From contig JADJOG010000001.1 in assembly GCA_016713865.1 (NCBI GenBank), positions 2,274 through 66,273 of the forward strand: a DNA stretch of 64,000 nucleotides, read 5' to 3'. Numbering within the stretch: position 1 is the stretch's first letter; every line of letters starts with the position of its first letter. The DNA is from Flavobacteriales bacterium (GTDB lineage Bacteria > Bacteroidota > Bacteroidia > Flavobacteriales_F > PHOS-HE28). Of this stretch, positions 29,366 to 40,991 are shown piece by piece. Made by a program: the position numbers and the translations under genes. The notes beneath the pieces were generated by a model. It worked only from the letters and a program-made list of their open reading frames with translations, made no database searches and was not told the origin of the DNA.

Positions 29366-29370
29366 GGCGC

Positions 29371-30937
29371 GTGGAGCGGATCGTCGATATCGTGCTATTG
29401 CCCATTGAGGCTGCTGATCCGGTTCTGGTGAGGGCCGCTGCCGAGGAAGCGGCGGGCATGAAGCACGGTGCCGCGCGCTGCTCACGGATCCTCAAACGCT
29501 CCATTGATGCGCGAAGCAAGCAGCCGCGCATGCGATTGCGCGTGCTGGTAAGCGATGCGGAATCGCACGATGCCCCAGAAGTTCCTCCCCATCTACCCGA
29601 TGCGCTCCGCCGTGCCGGTGATCATCGTTGGTGCTGGACCCGCTGGGCTGTTCTGCGCGCTGCGCTGCATCGAGCGCGGGCTGCGCCCCATCGTGCTCGA
29701 GCGCGGCAAGGATGTGCGCGCGCGCCGCCGTGATCTAGCAGCAATCAACAAGTCGCATATCGTCGACCCCGATAGCAACTACTGCTTCGGCGAAGGCGGA
29801 GCGGGCACGTACAGCGATGGCAAACTGTACACCCGCAGCCATAAACGCGGCGATATCGAAGGTGTGCTCCGCACGCTCGTGGCCTATGGCGCGAGCACCG
29901 ACATCCTCATCGACGCGCACCCGCATATCGGCACCAACAAGCTTCCTGGCATTATCACGGCGATGCGGGAAGCGATCAACCAGGCCGGCGGCGAGGTCCG
30001 CTTCAACAGCCGCGTCGATGACCTGCTCATGCATAGAGTGGCAGTGCTTGGCGTTCGCCTGGCCGACGGCACCGAAATACAGGCCCGAGCCACCGTGCTG
30101 GCCACAGGGCACAGCGCGCGCGATGTGTTCCGGCTTCTTGCCGCCAAAGGCATTCGCATAGAGCGGAAGGATTTCGCGCTGGGCGTCCGGGTTGAGCACC
30201 CGCAATCGATCATTGATCGCGCGCAATACCATTGCGATGCGCGTGACCCGTACCTGCCACCCGCCAGCTACAGCATGGTGCAGCAGGTCGATGGCCTTGG
30301 CGTTTACTCCTTCTGCATGTGCCCTGGCGGCATTATAGCGCCATGCGCCACGGCGCAGGACGAGGTAGTGACCAATGGCTGGAGCCCGAGCAAGCGCAAC
30401 AACCCCTTCGCCAATTCCGGCATCGTGGTTCCGATCACGCCAGCCGAAGCGCGCTCGCGCCCCTTCGATGGCAGCGATCCGCTCTGGGGCATGCACTACC
30501 AGCGCGGAGTTGAGCACGCCGCGTGGAATGCGGGAGGTCGCAGTCAAACAGCGCCCGCCCAGCGCTTGGAGGATTTCATTCAAGGCCGCGCCTCCATCGA
30601 CCTTCCCGAATGCAGTTACCCGCCAGGCATCGTGCCTTGCCGGATTGACGAGCTTTTGCCTGATGAGGTGAGCAGCCGGCTGAGGAAGGGGTTCATTGCA
30701 TTCGGCGAGAAGATGCGCGGATACCGGACCAATGAAGCCGTTGTGGTCGCGGTGGAAAGCCGCACCAGTTCGCCGGTGCGCGTACCGCGCGATCCGGTCT
30801 CCATGCAGCATTACACCACCGAAGGGCTCTATCCATGCGGCGAGGGCGCCGGCTATGCAGGCGGCATCGTGAGTGCGGCAATGGACGGGCAACGCGTGGC
30901 CGAGGCGATCGCTGTCAGCTACGCGGTGCGCGCCTGA
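29371..30937 (+). CDS. NAD(FAD)-utilising dehydrogenase of the COG2509 family (about 520 aa). Interrupted by one frameshift near 29560-29600.
   Basis: ORF-track pieces 29371-29733 (MERIVDIVLLPIEAADPVLVRAAAEEAAGMKHGAARCSRILKRSIDARSKQ = COG2509 N-domain) and 29555-30937 (PVIIVGAGPAGLFCA... Rossmann/FAD). Confidence 0.7.
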
Positions 30938-31686
30938 CGCGAAAGCTCCATGCACAGCGCGCTGGCAGCAGCAGCCACATTCAATGATTCGGCGCCGCCG
31001 AACCGCGGAACCGCGAGCTCTGAAGCGCCTAATGCGCGAACGGCTTCCGAAGGCCCATGCGATTCACTGCCCATGATCAGCACGCATGGACGTGCGACCT
31101 GCACGTCGAAAATGCTGCGCCCTTCCATGGTAGCCAGGTAGAGCGACGCACCATCAGCGCGCAGCCGATCGAGTTCATCGGGCAACTCAGCCCTGCGAAG
31201 CGCTACACGGAACAAGGAGCCCATGCTCGCTTGAACGCACTTCGGGTTGAACTCCTCCACGCAATCGGCGCTGAGGATCACGCGAGCGATACCGAACCAA
31301 TCGGCGATGCGCAGCAGTGTGCCCAGGTTGCCAGGATCCGCGATACCATCGAGCGCGAGCACGGTGTCGGCAGACCGTAGTGGCCTGTATGGCCCTGGTG
31401 CGGGTATGCGCGCGACAGCGATCACATCGTTAGCGCTTTCCATCGTGCCCATGCGCTCCAGGTCATGGGAAGGATGCACCTGCACCAGCTCCATCGGATA
31501 CCGTGATGCATGAACCGCGCTCGCATGGATGCTCAGCACCGGCCATCCGGCATCGAGCAGTTCCTGCACCACCTTGGGGCCTTGTGCGAGGAACAATCCT
31601 TGCCCTTGCCGTTGCTTCTTCTGCTGCAGCGCCCGCACGGCGCGCCAATCGGGAATGGTGCTCAACGCTCGGATATATTTGGCCAT
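30919..31686 (-). CDS. TrmH/SpoU-family RNA 2'-O-methyltransferase, 255 aa.
   Basis: MAKYIRALSTIPDWRAVRAL...; 'LDGIADPGNLGTLLRIADWFG' and 'GSESHG...ESLNVAAAASA' are SPOUT motifs. The start was trimmed from the ORF-track 31731. Confidence 0.75.
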   Translation of the reverse strand: MAKYIRALSTIPDWRAVRALQQKKQRQGQGLFLAQGPKVVQELLDAGWPVLSIHASAVHASRYPMELVQVHPSHDLERMGTMESANDVIAVARIPAPGPYRPLRSADTVLALDGIADPGNLGTLLRIADWFGIARVILSADCVEEFNPKCVQASMGSLFRVALRRAELPDELDRLRADGASLYLATMEGRSIFDVQVARPCVLIMGSESHGPSEAVRALGASELAVPRFGGAESLNVAAAASALCMELSRQARTA

Positions 31687-31708
31687 GCCTGCGCGACGCG
31701 CGGCCAGC

Positions 31709-34205
31709 ATGCCGCGCAAAGTAGGAAGCACATACGCTCACTTGAGGAAAGCGGCACATCACATCGGAGCAGCTCTGCTCGTCTTGGCAACGCTCTCCGG
31801 CTGCGATGCCACCAAGCGGCTCACCAGCGATGAAGTGCTCCTGAAATCGAACCGGCTCGTGATCGATTCCCGCGAGGTGAGTCGCGATGAGTTGATGGCG
31901 ATCGTGAAGCAAGTGCCCAATCGAAGGGTCTTGGGCATCCCCTTTTACCTGCACATGCATAACCTGCCCAATCCGGCCCGGATACCCGAGTGGCGGGCCA
32001 AGAAGAATGCGCGCAAGGACCGTCGGAACGAAAAGCGCGCGCTGCGCGGCAAAGCCCCTAAGCCATACTCACCAACCCGCGCCGAGTGGCTGCGTGAGAA
32101 TGTGGGTGAAGCGCCTGCGGTGCTCGACAGCAGCCTGACCGAACGCTCGATCGATCAGATGCGCCTTTACATGACGAAAGAGGGCTGGTTCCATGCCGAG
32201 GTGAGCGCTGCCGTGACTTTGAAAGAACGGGCCTGGTTCGGGGGCGGCTGCATCGGCCGGAAGGCCGTTGTGACCTACACCGTGCGATCGGGCGCGCCGT
32301 ACCGATTCAGGAATATCACGTCCAGAATCGACGATGAACAGATCGTTGCCCTGCTGAAGGCGAACGAGGGCAAGAGCTTCTTGAGAACGGGCGACCGCTT
32401 CGATGATGATGCCTTGGAGCAAGAACGCGCCCGCATCACCTCGCTCCTGCGCGACGACGGCTTCCTATACTTCACCAAGGACCTGATCTATTTCGTCGCG
32501 GATACCAGCGTGGGCAGCCATCAGGTTGACCTCTCGGTGCGCATGGGCCGGCAACAAGGCGCAGGGCAGCGCGGCATCACGGGCACGCCAGAGGCCCGCA
32601 GGTATCACCTGGGCGAAGTGACAATCGCAACGTTCCGACAGCAACGCGGCAGCAGCCTCCTGCGTGCCGATACCATTGTCGCCGAAGGCTATCGCTTCAT
32701 TCACCCGGGCCGACCGCTATACCGCCCAAAGCCCTTGGGGCATCCCGTGTTCCTGAATACCGGCGAATTGTACCGCCAACGGAACGCCGACCGCACCTAT
32801 CGAAGGCTCACATCGCTTGGCGTGTTCGAGCGTGTGGATATCGCTTACGATACGACCAGGCGCGCAGGAGAAGGAGTCGCGGATACACGGATCGCACTGC
32901 TGCCCGGCAAGCATCAAGGCTTCTCCGTCGAGGGCTTCCTGACCAATCGCGGTGGTGCGCTGGGCAGCTCGGTGAACTTGGGGTACAAGCACAAGAACCT
33001 GTTCCGATCCCTCGCCTCGCTCCAAATCGGACTCAGTGTCGGCCTTGAGGCGCAACAGCGCATCGCAGGCGCGGAGCAGAGCACCTCCCAGAGCGCAGTG
33101 CTCGGCGACGGCTCGGTGTTCAATACGGTCAGCCTCGGGCCCGAGCTCACATTCGGCTTCCCGATCTATTGGCGGCTATTCAGCAAATCGAGCAACGCGC
33201 GCCTGCTGCTGAACGGACTGTACAACTACCAGCGACGGCCCGATTTCACACGGAACCTGGGCCGTCTTTCCGTGGGCACGCAATGGCAGGAGACCCGGTC
33301 CAACACGTGGGGCTTCTTCCTGGAGGGCAACGTCGTTCGGCTACCTCGTGTAACCGAGGCCTTCGAGCGCTACCTGGCCGCCAGCAACAATCCGGTGCTA
33401 CGCGACAGTTACACCGACCACTTGATAACCAGCGCGCGCGTCACGCGAACGCATGCCACCCCGGACGGCGAGAAGCAACGCAATTCATTCTTTGCCCGAA
33501 CCACCTTGGAGTGGGCCGGACCCTTCCTGCAGGCATTCGGGGCAGCGGTAGAGGACAGCTCGGGGCAGCGGTTCAACACAGTGGCAGGCATACGCTACGC
33601 GGAATACGTAAAGGTGGATGCCGATTTGCGATGGCGCCACACCCTGCACGAGCGCAGTAGCTTGGCTTTCCGCGCGGCCGGTGGCGCCGGACTCCCCTAT
33701 GGGAATCTGGGCGTTCTTCCATTCGAGAGCAGCTTCTTCGTTGGTGGCGCGAATGGCCTGCGCGCGTGGCGGGCACGATCCATCGGACCGGGCTCCTACA
33801 GTGCTCCCCTGACAGCCTTCGACCGGATCGGAGAGATCCGGATCGAGGGGAATGCGGAATACCGATTCAGGCTCATCGGCTTCCTGGAAGGCGCGCTCTT
33901 CGCCGATGTGGGCAACATCTGGAACTTCAAAGACCAGAAAGGTATGCCTGGCGGTGCGATATCAGAGCGCTTCCTCAGTGAGTTGGCTGTTGGCGCAGGA
34001 GCCGGAGCAAGATTGAACTTCGACTTCTTCATCGTTCGTTTCGATCTTGGGCCTGCAGACGAAGGATCCTTCGTTGCCTCCCGGCGAGCGCTGGTTATTC
34101 CAGCCGAAGGACAGGTACGAGAGTTCAATGAGCGACCTCACCGGGCAAAAAGTCCGCTACACGCCCGAGCTGAATTTCAACCTCGGGATCGGCTACCCGT
34201 TCTAG
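31709..34205 (+). CDS. BamA/TamA-family (Omp85) outer-membrane protein, about 830 aa, with a lipobox-type signal. There is a frameshift near 34040-34110.
   Basis: [34 protein letters not shown]..., POTRA-like regions, and a long β-barrel. The canonical Omp85 terminus '...[16 protein letters not shown]' is found in the +1 frame and ends at 34205. The ORF-track frame runs on to 34294. Confidence 0.7.
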
Positions 34206-34245
34206 GTGCTCTGTTCGGCCCATGGTGCCGCACATGCCGGTGGCC

Positions 34246-34253
34246 TACCTTCG
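34246..34253 (+). promoter_or_regulatory. Candidate -7 box TACCTTCG upstream of fbaB.
   Basis: TAnnTT[T/C]G motif. It lies 37 nt before the ATG at 34291, or 22 nt before the alternative ATG at 34276. Confidence 0.3.
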
Positions 34254-34290
34254 CCGACCTGAAAATCGAGCACGCATGCCAACGCTTACC

Positions 34291-35346
34291 ATGAGCAAGA
34301 TCGAAGAGCTCCTCGGCGCCGACGCCCCAAGCCTCCTGAACCACCAGAGCAAGACCATCGAAAAAGGCAGCCTCAACCTGCCCGGCCCCGATTTCGTGGA
34401 CCGCTGCTTCGTCGCAAGCAACCGCAGCCCGCAAGTGCTCCGCAGCATACAGGCACTTTATGGGAGCGGACGCTTGGCCAACACAGGCTACATGAGCATC
34501 CTGCCGGTTGATCAGGGTATCGAGCACAGCGCTGCCGCGAGCTTCGCACCCAACCCCATCTATTTCGACGGCGAGAACATCGTGAAGCTCGCGATCGAAG
34601 GCGGTTGCAATGCCGTGGCCAGCACCTACGGCGTGCTTGGAAGCGTGGCGCGCAAATACGCCCACAAGATTCCTTTCATCGTGAAGATCAACCACAACGA
34701 GCTGATGACCTATCCCAACAAGTTCGACCAGGTGCTCTTCGGCACGGTGGAGAGCGCGTGGGACATGGGCGCTGTGGCCGTGGGCGCAACAATCTATTTC
34801 GGCAGCGAGGAGAGCACCCGCCAGATCACCGAGATCGCCAATGCATTCCAGCTCGCGCACGAGCTCGGCATGGCCACCATCCTCTGGTGCTATATGCGCA
34901 ACCCCGGCTTCAAGAAGGATGGCGTGGATTACCACACCGCCGCCGACCTCACCGGCCAGGCCAACCACTTGGGCGTCACCATCCAGGCCGACATCATCAA
35001 GCAGAAGCTGCCCGAAGTGAACGGCGGCTACAACGCGCTGAGCGGTTACGGCAAGACGCACAAGAAGGTGTACAGCGACCTCAGCAGCGAGCACCCCATC
35101 GACCTGTGCCGATACCAAGTGGCCAACTGCTACATGGGCCGCATCGGCCTGATCAACAGCGGCGGTGCCAGCAGCGGCGCCAGCGACATGGCCGAGGCCG
35201 TGAAGACCGCCGTGATCAACAAGCGCGCAGGCGGACAAGGCCTCATCAGTGGTCGCAAGGCATTCCAGCGCCCTATGGGTGAGGGCGTGCAGTTGCTCAA
35301 CGCGATCCAAGACGTTTACTTGGATCAAAAGGTCACCATCGCATAG
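34291..35346 (+). CDS. fbaB: Class I fructose-bisphosphate aldolase (DhnA/FbaB type), 351 aa.
   Basis: Near-collinear with E. coli FbaB from memory: [19 protein letters not shown]...[28 protein letters not shown]...VKINHNE...[22 protein letters not shown]. Confidence 0.85.
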   Translation: MSKIEELLGADAPSLLNHQSKTIEKGSLNLPGPDFVDRCFVASNRSPQVLRSIQALYGSGRLANTGYMSILPVDQGIEHSAAASFAPNPIYFDGENIVKLAIEGGCNAVASTYGVLGSVARKYAHKIPFIVKINHNELMTYPNKFDQVLFGTVESAWDMGAVAVGATIYFGSEESTRQITEIANAFQLAHELGMATILWCYMRNPGFKKDGVDYHTAADLTGQANHLGVTIQADIIKQKLPEVNGGYNALSGYGKTHKKVYSDLSSEHPIDLCRYQVANCYMGRIGLINSGGASSGASDMAEAVKTAVINKRAGGQGLISGRKAFQRPMGEGVQLLNAIQDVYLDQKVTIA

Positions 35347-35419
35347 GCCATCGGCAACCGGCAATAGCGCCCCCTCTTGCTGATGGCTGATTCAAACCGC
35401 TAACGATTACTTCGCACGC

Positions 35420-36265
35420 ATGGGTTGGTTCACACGCACCAAGGAAGGCATCACCACCTCCACCGAGGAGAAGAAGGAGACGCCGGAAGGGCTCTGGTAC
35501 AAGTGTCCGAGCTGCGACGAGATAGTGACCTCAGAGGATCACGAGAACAATCTATGGGTCTGCGGCAAGTGCAACTACCACGAGAAGATCGGCAGTGCTG
35601 AGTACTTCGCCATCCTCTTCGATGACCAGAAATACACGGAGATCGCGGCGGACCTGATCGCTGGTGACCCGCTGAGATTCGAGGACACGAAGAAATACAG
35701 CGACCGCCTCACGAAGACCCGGAAGGACACCGGGCTCAACGATGCGCTGCGCGCTGCTGAAGGCAAGCTGGAAAAGCACACCGTGGTGATCGCTTGCATG
35801 GATTTCCGTTTCATCGGGGGAAGCATGGGCAGTGTTGTAGGCGAGAAAATCGCCTTGGCAGCTGATATGGCGCTGAAGAAGAAGTGCCCGCTCATCATCA
35901 TCAGCAAAACCGGTGGCGCCCGCATGATGGAAGCCGGTTTCTCGCTGATGCAGATGGCCAAGACCAGCGCGAAGCTCACCCTCCTTGCCAAGAAGAAACT
36001 GCCGTACATCAGTGTGATCACCGACCCAACCACGGGCGGCGTGACAGCCAGCTACGCCATGCTGGGCGACCTGAATATCGCTGAGCCGAAGGCGCTCATC
36101 GGTTTCGCGGGCCCGCGCGTGGTGAAAGAGACCATTGGCCGAGACCTGCCCGAGGGTTTCCAGACCAGTGAATTCGTGCTGGAGCACGGCTTCTTGGACA
36201 AAATCGTGGAACGCAAGGACCTCAAGTCCTTCCTGGCCAAGACCTTTCAGATGTTCAGGGCCTGA
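35420..36265 (+). CDS. accD: Acetyl-CoA carboxylase carboxyltransferase subunit β, 281 aa.
   Basis: Zn-ribbon 'CPSCDEIV...CGKCNYH' followed by the carboxyltransferase fold '[21 protein letters not shown]'. Confidence 0.9.
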   Translation: MGWFTRTKEGITTSTEEKKETPEGLWYKCPSCDEIVTSEDHENNLWVCGKCNYHEKIGSAEYFAILFDDQKYTEIAADLIAGDPLRFEDTKKYSDRLTKTRKDTGLNDALRAAEGKLEKHTVVIACMDFRFIGGSMGSVVGEKIALAADMALKKKCPLIIISKTGGARMMEAGFSLMQMAKTSAKLTLLAKKKLPYISVITDPTTGGVTASYAMLGDLNIAEPKALIGFAGPRVVKETIGRDLPEGFQTSEFVLEHGFLDKIVERKDLKSFLAKTFQMFRA

Positions 36266-36310
36266 TTTGCAGGACCATTAGGGAACATTCATTGGTTGGC
36301 GTCAAGCGCC

Positions 36311-36318
36311 TATATTCG
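36311..36318 (+). promoter_or_regulatory. Candidate -7 box TATATTCG, 19 nt upstream of the rpsO ATG.
   Basis: TAnnTT[T/C]G motif with the same 19-nt spacing as at valS and the BNR gene. Confidence 0.4.
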
Positions 36319-36337
36319 CGCCCTGTTACGAAAGACC

Positions 36338-36607
36338 ATGTACCTGACCACAGAGGACAAGAAGGCCATCTTCACCGAACACGGTGGCAATGCCAAGAAT
36401 ACCGGTGCCGCAGAGAGCCAGATCGCGCTGTTCACCAAGCGGATCGACCACCTGACCGGCCACCTGAAAATCAACAAGAAAGACCACGGCACCGAGAAGG
36501 CGCTGCTGGATCTGGTGGGCAAGCGCAAGCAGATCCTGAATTACCTGCGCACCCACGACATCGAACGCTACCGGGCCATCATCGGCAAGCTCGGTCTGCG
36601 CAAGTGA
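36338..36607 (+). CDS. rpsO: 30S ribosomal protein S15, 89 aa.
   Basis: MYLTTEDKKAIFTEHGGNAKNTGAAESQIALFTKRIDHLTGHLKINKKDHGTEKALLDLVGKRKQILNYLR. The start was trimmed from the ORF-track 36296. Confidence 0.9.
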   Translation: MYLTTEDKKAIFTEHGGNAKNTGAAESQIALFTKRIDHLTGHLKINKKDHGTEKALLDLVGKRKQILNYLRTHDIERYRAIIGKLGLRK

Positions 36608-36653
36608 TACAGGCCATGGCCGCTGCTGCGGCACACGGCATTCTATCTTGATC

Positions 36654-36686
36654 GAAGGGGGGCGATCGCGAAACGGTCGCCCCTTC
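36654..36686 (+). terminator. rpsO terminator / pnp leader hairpin.
   Basis: GAAGGGGGGCGATCGCG AAAC GGTCGCCCCTTC is an imperfect 12-bp G/C-rich stem followed by TCTTTTAGG. An rpsO-pnp intergenic hairpin is a conserved regulatory site in other bacteria. Confidence 0.5.
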
Positions 36687-36774
36687 TCTTTTAGGACCAG
36701 CATGCCCAATCGAACTCGGCCTACCTGAGAAGCAATCCAACCACAAAACCGGCGCGAACGGCGCGCCCAAGAAC

Positions 36775-39089
36775 ATGAAGCCACAAGCAATCACCAAGAC
36801 CATCGACATGGGCGATGGCAAGATCATCACGCTGGAGACAGGCGTGCTGGCCAAACAAGCCGACGGGGCCGTGACGGTCCGCCTCGGCGATACCATCCTC
36901 CTGGCCACCGTAGTGGCCACCAAGGAGGCCCGCGAGGGCATCGACTTCCTGCCCCTGCAGGTGGAGTACCGCGAGAAATTCAGCGCAGCCGGCCGATTCC
37001 CCGGTGGATTCTTCAAGCGTGAAGCGCGTCCTAGCGATCACGAGGTGCTCACCAGCCGCCTCATCGACCGCGCACTGCGCCCACTCTTCCCCGATGACTT
37101 CCACGGCGACACCCAAGTGGTGGTGACCCTGATGAGCTCGGATAAGATGAACCAAGCCGATGCCATCGCCTGCCTTGCTGCATCCGCGGCCTTGGCCGTA
37201 AGCAACATTCCCTTCGGCGGCCCAGTGAGCGAGGTACGCGTAGCCCGCATCAATGGCAAATACGTCCTCAACCCGCTGATAACCGAAATGGAAGGCGTGG
37301 ATCTGGACCTGATCGTGGCTGGCACCAAGAGCGATATTCTCATGGTGGAAGGCGAGATGAAGGAAGTGCAGGAAGCCGACATGATCGAAGCGATCAAGCT
37401 GGCGCACGAGGCCATCAAAAAGCATTGCGTGGCCATGGAAGAGCTCAGTGCCATGGTACCCAAGAGCCAAGTGAAGCGCACTTACAACCACGAGAACAAC
37501 ATCGCGGAGATCGGCCAGAAGATCCACGACTTCTGCTACCAGAAGTACTACGATCTGGCCATGAACCCCACGGGCAAGGAAGAGCGCAACGAGAAGTTCG
37601 CTGCCATCAAGGAAGCGTGCCTCGCCACCTTGTCCGATGAAGAGAAGACCGACAAGGCCATGCTCGCGCGCTTCTTCAAGAAGACCCAGAAGAAAGCCGT
37701 GCGCAACGTGTGCTTGGATCACGGCAAGCGCCTCGACGGTCGCAAGACCAACGAGATCCGCCCCATCTGGAGCGAAGTGGATGTGCTGCCCGGCACGCAC
37801 GGCAGCGCCATCTTCACCCGTGGCGAAACCCAAGCCATTAATCTGCTCACCTTGGGCAGCAGTATGGACGAGCAGACCATCGACCGCGCCACCGCGAAGA
37901 CCAGCGAGCGCTTCATGCTCCATTACAACTTCCCCAGCTTCAGCACGGGTGAAGTGAAGCCGATCCGCGGCCCTGGCCGTCGCGAAGTGGGCCACGGCAA
38001 CCTCGCCCTGCGCGCCTTGAAGCCCGTGATCCCAGGTATCGAGACCAACCCATACACGATCCGCCTGAATTGTGATATCCTGGAGAGCAATGGCTCGAGC
38101 TCTATATGGCCACCGTGTGCAGCGGCACCCTCGCCCTTATGGACGCTGGCGTGAAGATCACCGCCCCGGTTAGCGGCATCGCCATGGGCATGATCAGCGA
38201 CGGCAAGCGCCACGCGATCCTCAGCGACATCCTCGGCGACGAGGATTTCCTTGGCGACATGGACTTCAAGATCTGCGGCACCGCGAAAGGCATCACCGCA
38301 ACGCAGATGGATATGAAGGTTGATGGCCTGCCCTATGAAGTGCTCGCACAGGCATTGGAGCAAGCGCGTCAAGGCCGCCTGCACATCCTGGGTGAAATGC
38401 TGAAGACCCTCGACGCACCCCGCGCCGATTACAAGGACCACGCTCCAAGGATCATCACGATCACCATCCCGAAAGAGAGCATCGGCGCCGTGATCGGACC
38501 CGGTGGCCGTGTGATCCAGGAGATCCAGGCCGAGACCGGTGCGCACATCAGCATCGACGAGGTGGACGGCATGGGCCACGTAGAGATCATGAGCGAGAAC
38601 AAGGCGAGCATCGACGCCGCCCTCGCCCGCGTGAACGCCATTGCCAACCCGCCGCAAGCCGAAGTGGGCGCTACGTACAAAGGCAAAGTGAAGACCATCA
38701 TGCCCTACGGCGCCTTCGTGGAGGTGATGCCCGGCGTGGACGGCCTGCTCCACGTGAGCGAACTGGACTGGAGGCGCATCGAGCGCGTTGAGGAAGTGCT
38801 GAAGGAAGGCGATGTGATCGAATTCCAGGTTGTGGGCAAGGACCCGCGTAGCGGCAAGCTGAAGCTGAGCCGTCGCGTGCTGCTGCCAAAGCCAGAAGGG
38901 TATGTGGAGCGCGAGCCCGCCATGGCCGGTGAGCGCCGCGATCGTGGCGACCGCCCGCATCGTGGTGATCGGCCACGTCGCGATGACCGCCCTCGTCGCC
39001 GCGACACGCGACCGCCCCCGCCGCAAGACCATGGCCATCATGATCAAGATGGAGGTCAGCAAGGCAACCCAGAGCCGAGCAACAACTGA
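36775..39089 (+). CDS. pnp: Polyribonucleotide nucleotidyltransferase (PNPase), about 770 aa. Frame is broken by a 2-nt insertion (ATAT vs AT) at about 38104-38107.
   Basis: The two ORF-track pieces 36775-38154 and 38106-39089 join at '...ILESNGSSS|[16 protein letters not shown]', the conserved PNPase RNase-PH-2 active region. KH and S1 domains follow, then an R/D-rich tail. Confidence 0.85.
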
Positions 39090-39107
39090 ACAAAGCCACC
39101 ACTCAAG

Positions 39108-39135
39108 CGAAAGCCGTCCGAAAGGGCGGCTTTCG
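39108..39135 (+). terminator. Hairpin after pnp (12-bp stem, GAAA loop).
   Basis: CGAAAGCCGTCC GAAA GGGCGGCTTTCG. No clear U-tract follows. Confidence 0.4.
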
Positions 39136-39252
39136 GAGTTCATGGCCTCAATACGCGCCGTTCATCGCATGATGCAGATTGCGGGTAACTCCATTCGGTC
39201 TGCAAGCGTTCAAACCGCCTCAATCACAACATCCCCCGCTCGAATGGCACGT

Positions 39253-40119
39253 ATGCGACAGTTGAAGATCGTGAAGCAGGTGACGAACCGCGACACGCCA
39301 TCCTTGGACAAATACCTCCAAGAGATAGGCCGCGTGAAGCTCATCACCGCGCAAGAAGAAGTAGAGCTGGCGCGCCGCATCAAGCAGGGCGATCAGGAGG
39401 CATGGAAGCACTCGCGAAAGCCAATCTGCGCTTCGTGGTCTCCGTGGCTAAGCAATACCAAGGGCAAGGCCTCAGCCTGCCCGACCTGATCAGCGAAGGC
39501 AACCTCGGTTTGATCAAGGCTGCCACGCGCTTCGATGAGACACGCGGCTTCAAATTCATCAGCTACGCCGTGTGGTGGATCCGTCAGCAGATCCTGCAGG
39601 AGCTTGGCCGAGCAAGCGCGGATCGTGCGTTTGCCGCTTAACAAGATCGGCTCGATCAACAAGATCAACAAGGCCTTCGCGCGACTGGAACAAGAGCACG
39701 AACGCCCACCTACGGCCTTGGAACTTGCCGAAGTGCTGGAAATGACACTTGAAGAAGTGAAGACCAGCCTCAGCAACACCGGCCGCCATGTGAGCATGGA
39801 TGCACCGCTCCGAGACGATGGCGACAGCGGCACCATGATGGACGTGATGAGCAATCCGGACCTGCCCAGCCCGCTGGACACCCTGATGACCGACAGCCTG
39901 CGCAACGAGATCGAGCGCAGCCTGCGTGCCTTGCAAGGCCGAGAAGCCGACGTCATCCGACTCTACTTCGGCCTGAATGGCAACCAGCCGCACACCTTGG
40001 AAGAAATCGGCCAGAAGTTCGACCTCACCCGTGAGCGCGTGCGCCAGATCAAGGAGAAGGCCATACGCCGCATGAAGCACACGAGCAGGAGCACGGTGTT
40101 GAAGGCTTACCTGGGCTGA
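39253..40119 (+). CDS. rpoD: RNA polymerase sigma factor RpoD (Bacteroidota short sigma-A, about 289 aa). Two 1-nt indels near 39400-39410 and 39600-39615.
   Basis: Pieces: [50 protein letters not shown] | [65 protein letters not shown] | [25 protein letters not shown]...[12 protein letters not shown]...[29 protein letters not shown]. These are regions 1.2 to 4.2 in three frames. Confidence 0.85.
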
Positions 40120-40136
40120 TCGAAAGCACGGTTCGA

Positions 40137-40187
40137 AGTCGGCAGTTCGCGAATGGCAGAAGCACTGCCATTCGCGAGCTGCCGACT
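40137..40187 (+). terminator. Very long hairpin (23-bp stem with one G·U, 5-nt loop) after rpoD.
   Basis: AGTCGGCAGTTCGCGAATGGCAG AAGCA CTGCCATTCGCGAGCTGCCGACT, followed by GCTTGCTTCTA. Confidence 0.6.
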
Positions 40188-40208
40188 GCTTGCTTCTAGC
40201 CGCCCGCC

Positions 40209-40216
40209 TACATTCG
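40209..40216 (+). promoter_or_regulatory. Candidate -7 box TACATTCG, 5 nt upstream of the rpe ATG. This suggests a leaderless or very short-leader transcript.
   Basis: TAnnTT[T/C]G motif. It lies inside the 3' flank of the rpoD hairpin. Confidence 0.3.
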
Positions 40217-40221
40217 CGGCC

Positions 40222-40872
40222 ATGCCGCACCTGCTCGCCCCTTCGCTGCTCTCCGCCGATTTCGCCGAGCTCGGCAAGGCGGTCCATCTGATTGAATCGA
40301 GCGAGGCCGCATGGCATCACATCGATGTCATGGACGGTGTCTTCGTGCCCAACATCAGCTTCGGATTGCCAGTGATCAAGAGCATCCGCAAGCACGCGAA
40401 GAAACCCTTCGATGTGCATCTGATGATCGTGCGGCCCGATCAGTACATCACCGCTTTCCGCGATGCTGGAGCCGACATCCTGACCGTGCACTTCGAAGCA
40501 TGCACCCATCTGCATCGCAGCATCCAAGCGATCAAAGCAGCAGGCATGAAAGCAGGAGTTGCCATCAATCCGCACACCTCGGTTGAATTGCTCAGCGACG
40601 TGCTCGCTGATATAGACGTGGTTTGCATGATGAGCGTGAACCCCGGGTTCGGTGGGCAGAAGTTCATTGAACGCACTTACGGCAAGATCGATGCGCTGAA
40701 GGCCCTGCGCACGCGCACGGGATCAAAGGCCTTGATTGAGATCGATGGCGGAGTGAGCATGGAGAACGTGCGGCAGTTGATTGCAACCGGCGCCGATGTG
40801 CTCGTTGCCGGCAACAGCGTCTTCGGCGCGGCCGACCCCATTTCAGCGATTCGCGAGCTGAGCCGGGACTGA
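40222..40872 (+). CDS. rpe: Ribulose-phosphate 3-epimerase, 216 aa.
   Basis: MPHLLAPSLLSADFAELGKAVHLIESSEAAWHHIDVMDGVFVPNISFG...MMSVNPGFGGQKF...IEIDGGV. The start was trimmed from the ORF-track 40153. Confidence 0.9.
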   Translation: MPHLLAPSLLSADFAELGKAVHLIESSEAAWHHIDVMDGVFVPNISFGLPVIKSIRKHAKKPFDVHLMIVRPDQYITAFRDAGADILTVHFEACTHLHRSIQAIKAAGMKAGVAINPHTSVELLSDVLADIDVVCMMSVNPGFGGQKFIERTYGKIDALKALRTRTGSKALIEIDGGVSMENVRQLIATGADVLVAGNSVFGAADPISAIRELSRD

Positions 40873-40991
40873 CCTCTTTCATCGAGGTAGTCGTCGGGCT
40901 TGGCTAACGGTTTCCGTTATCCGCCGAATACCGCATCGCACGTGTAAACCCACGAGGGACGCACCCGTATTCATTGGCAATCCCCTTCGCC

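Noticed and set aside
29735-30955. 406-aa - strand ORF.
   Set aside because: Antisense to the COG2509 oxidoreductase.
34177-35364. 395-aa - strand ORF.
   Set aside because: Antisense to fbaB, whose identity is unambiguous.
36721-39143. Two long - strand ORFs of 424 and 406 aa.
   Set aside because: Antisense to pnp.
39559-40575. 338-aa - strand ORF.
   Set aside because: Antisense to rpoD and rpe.
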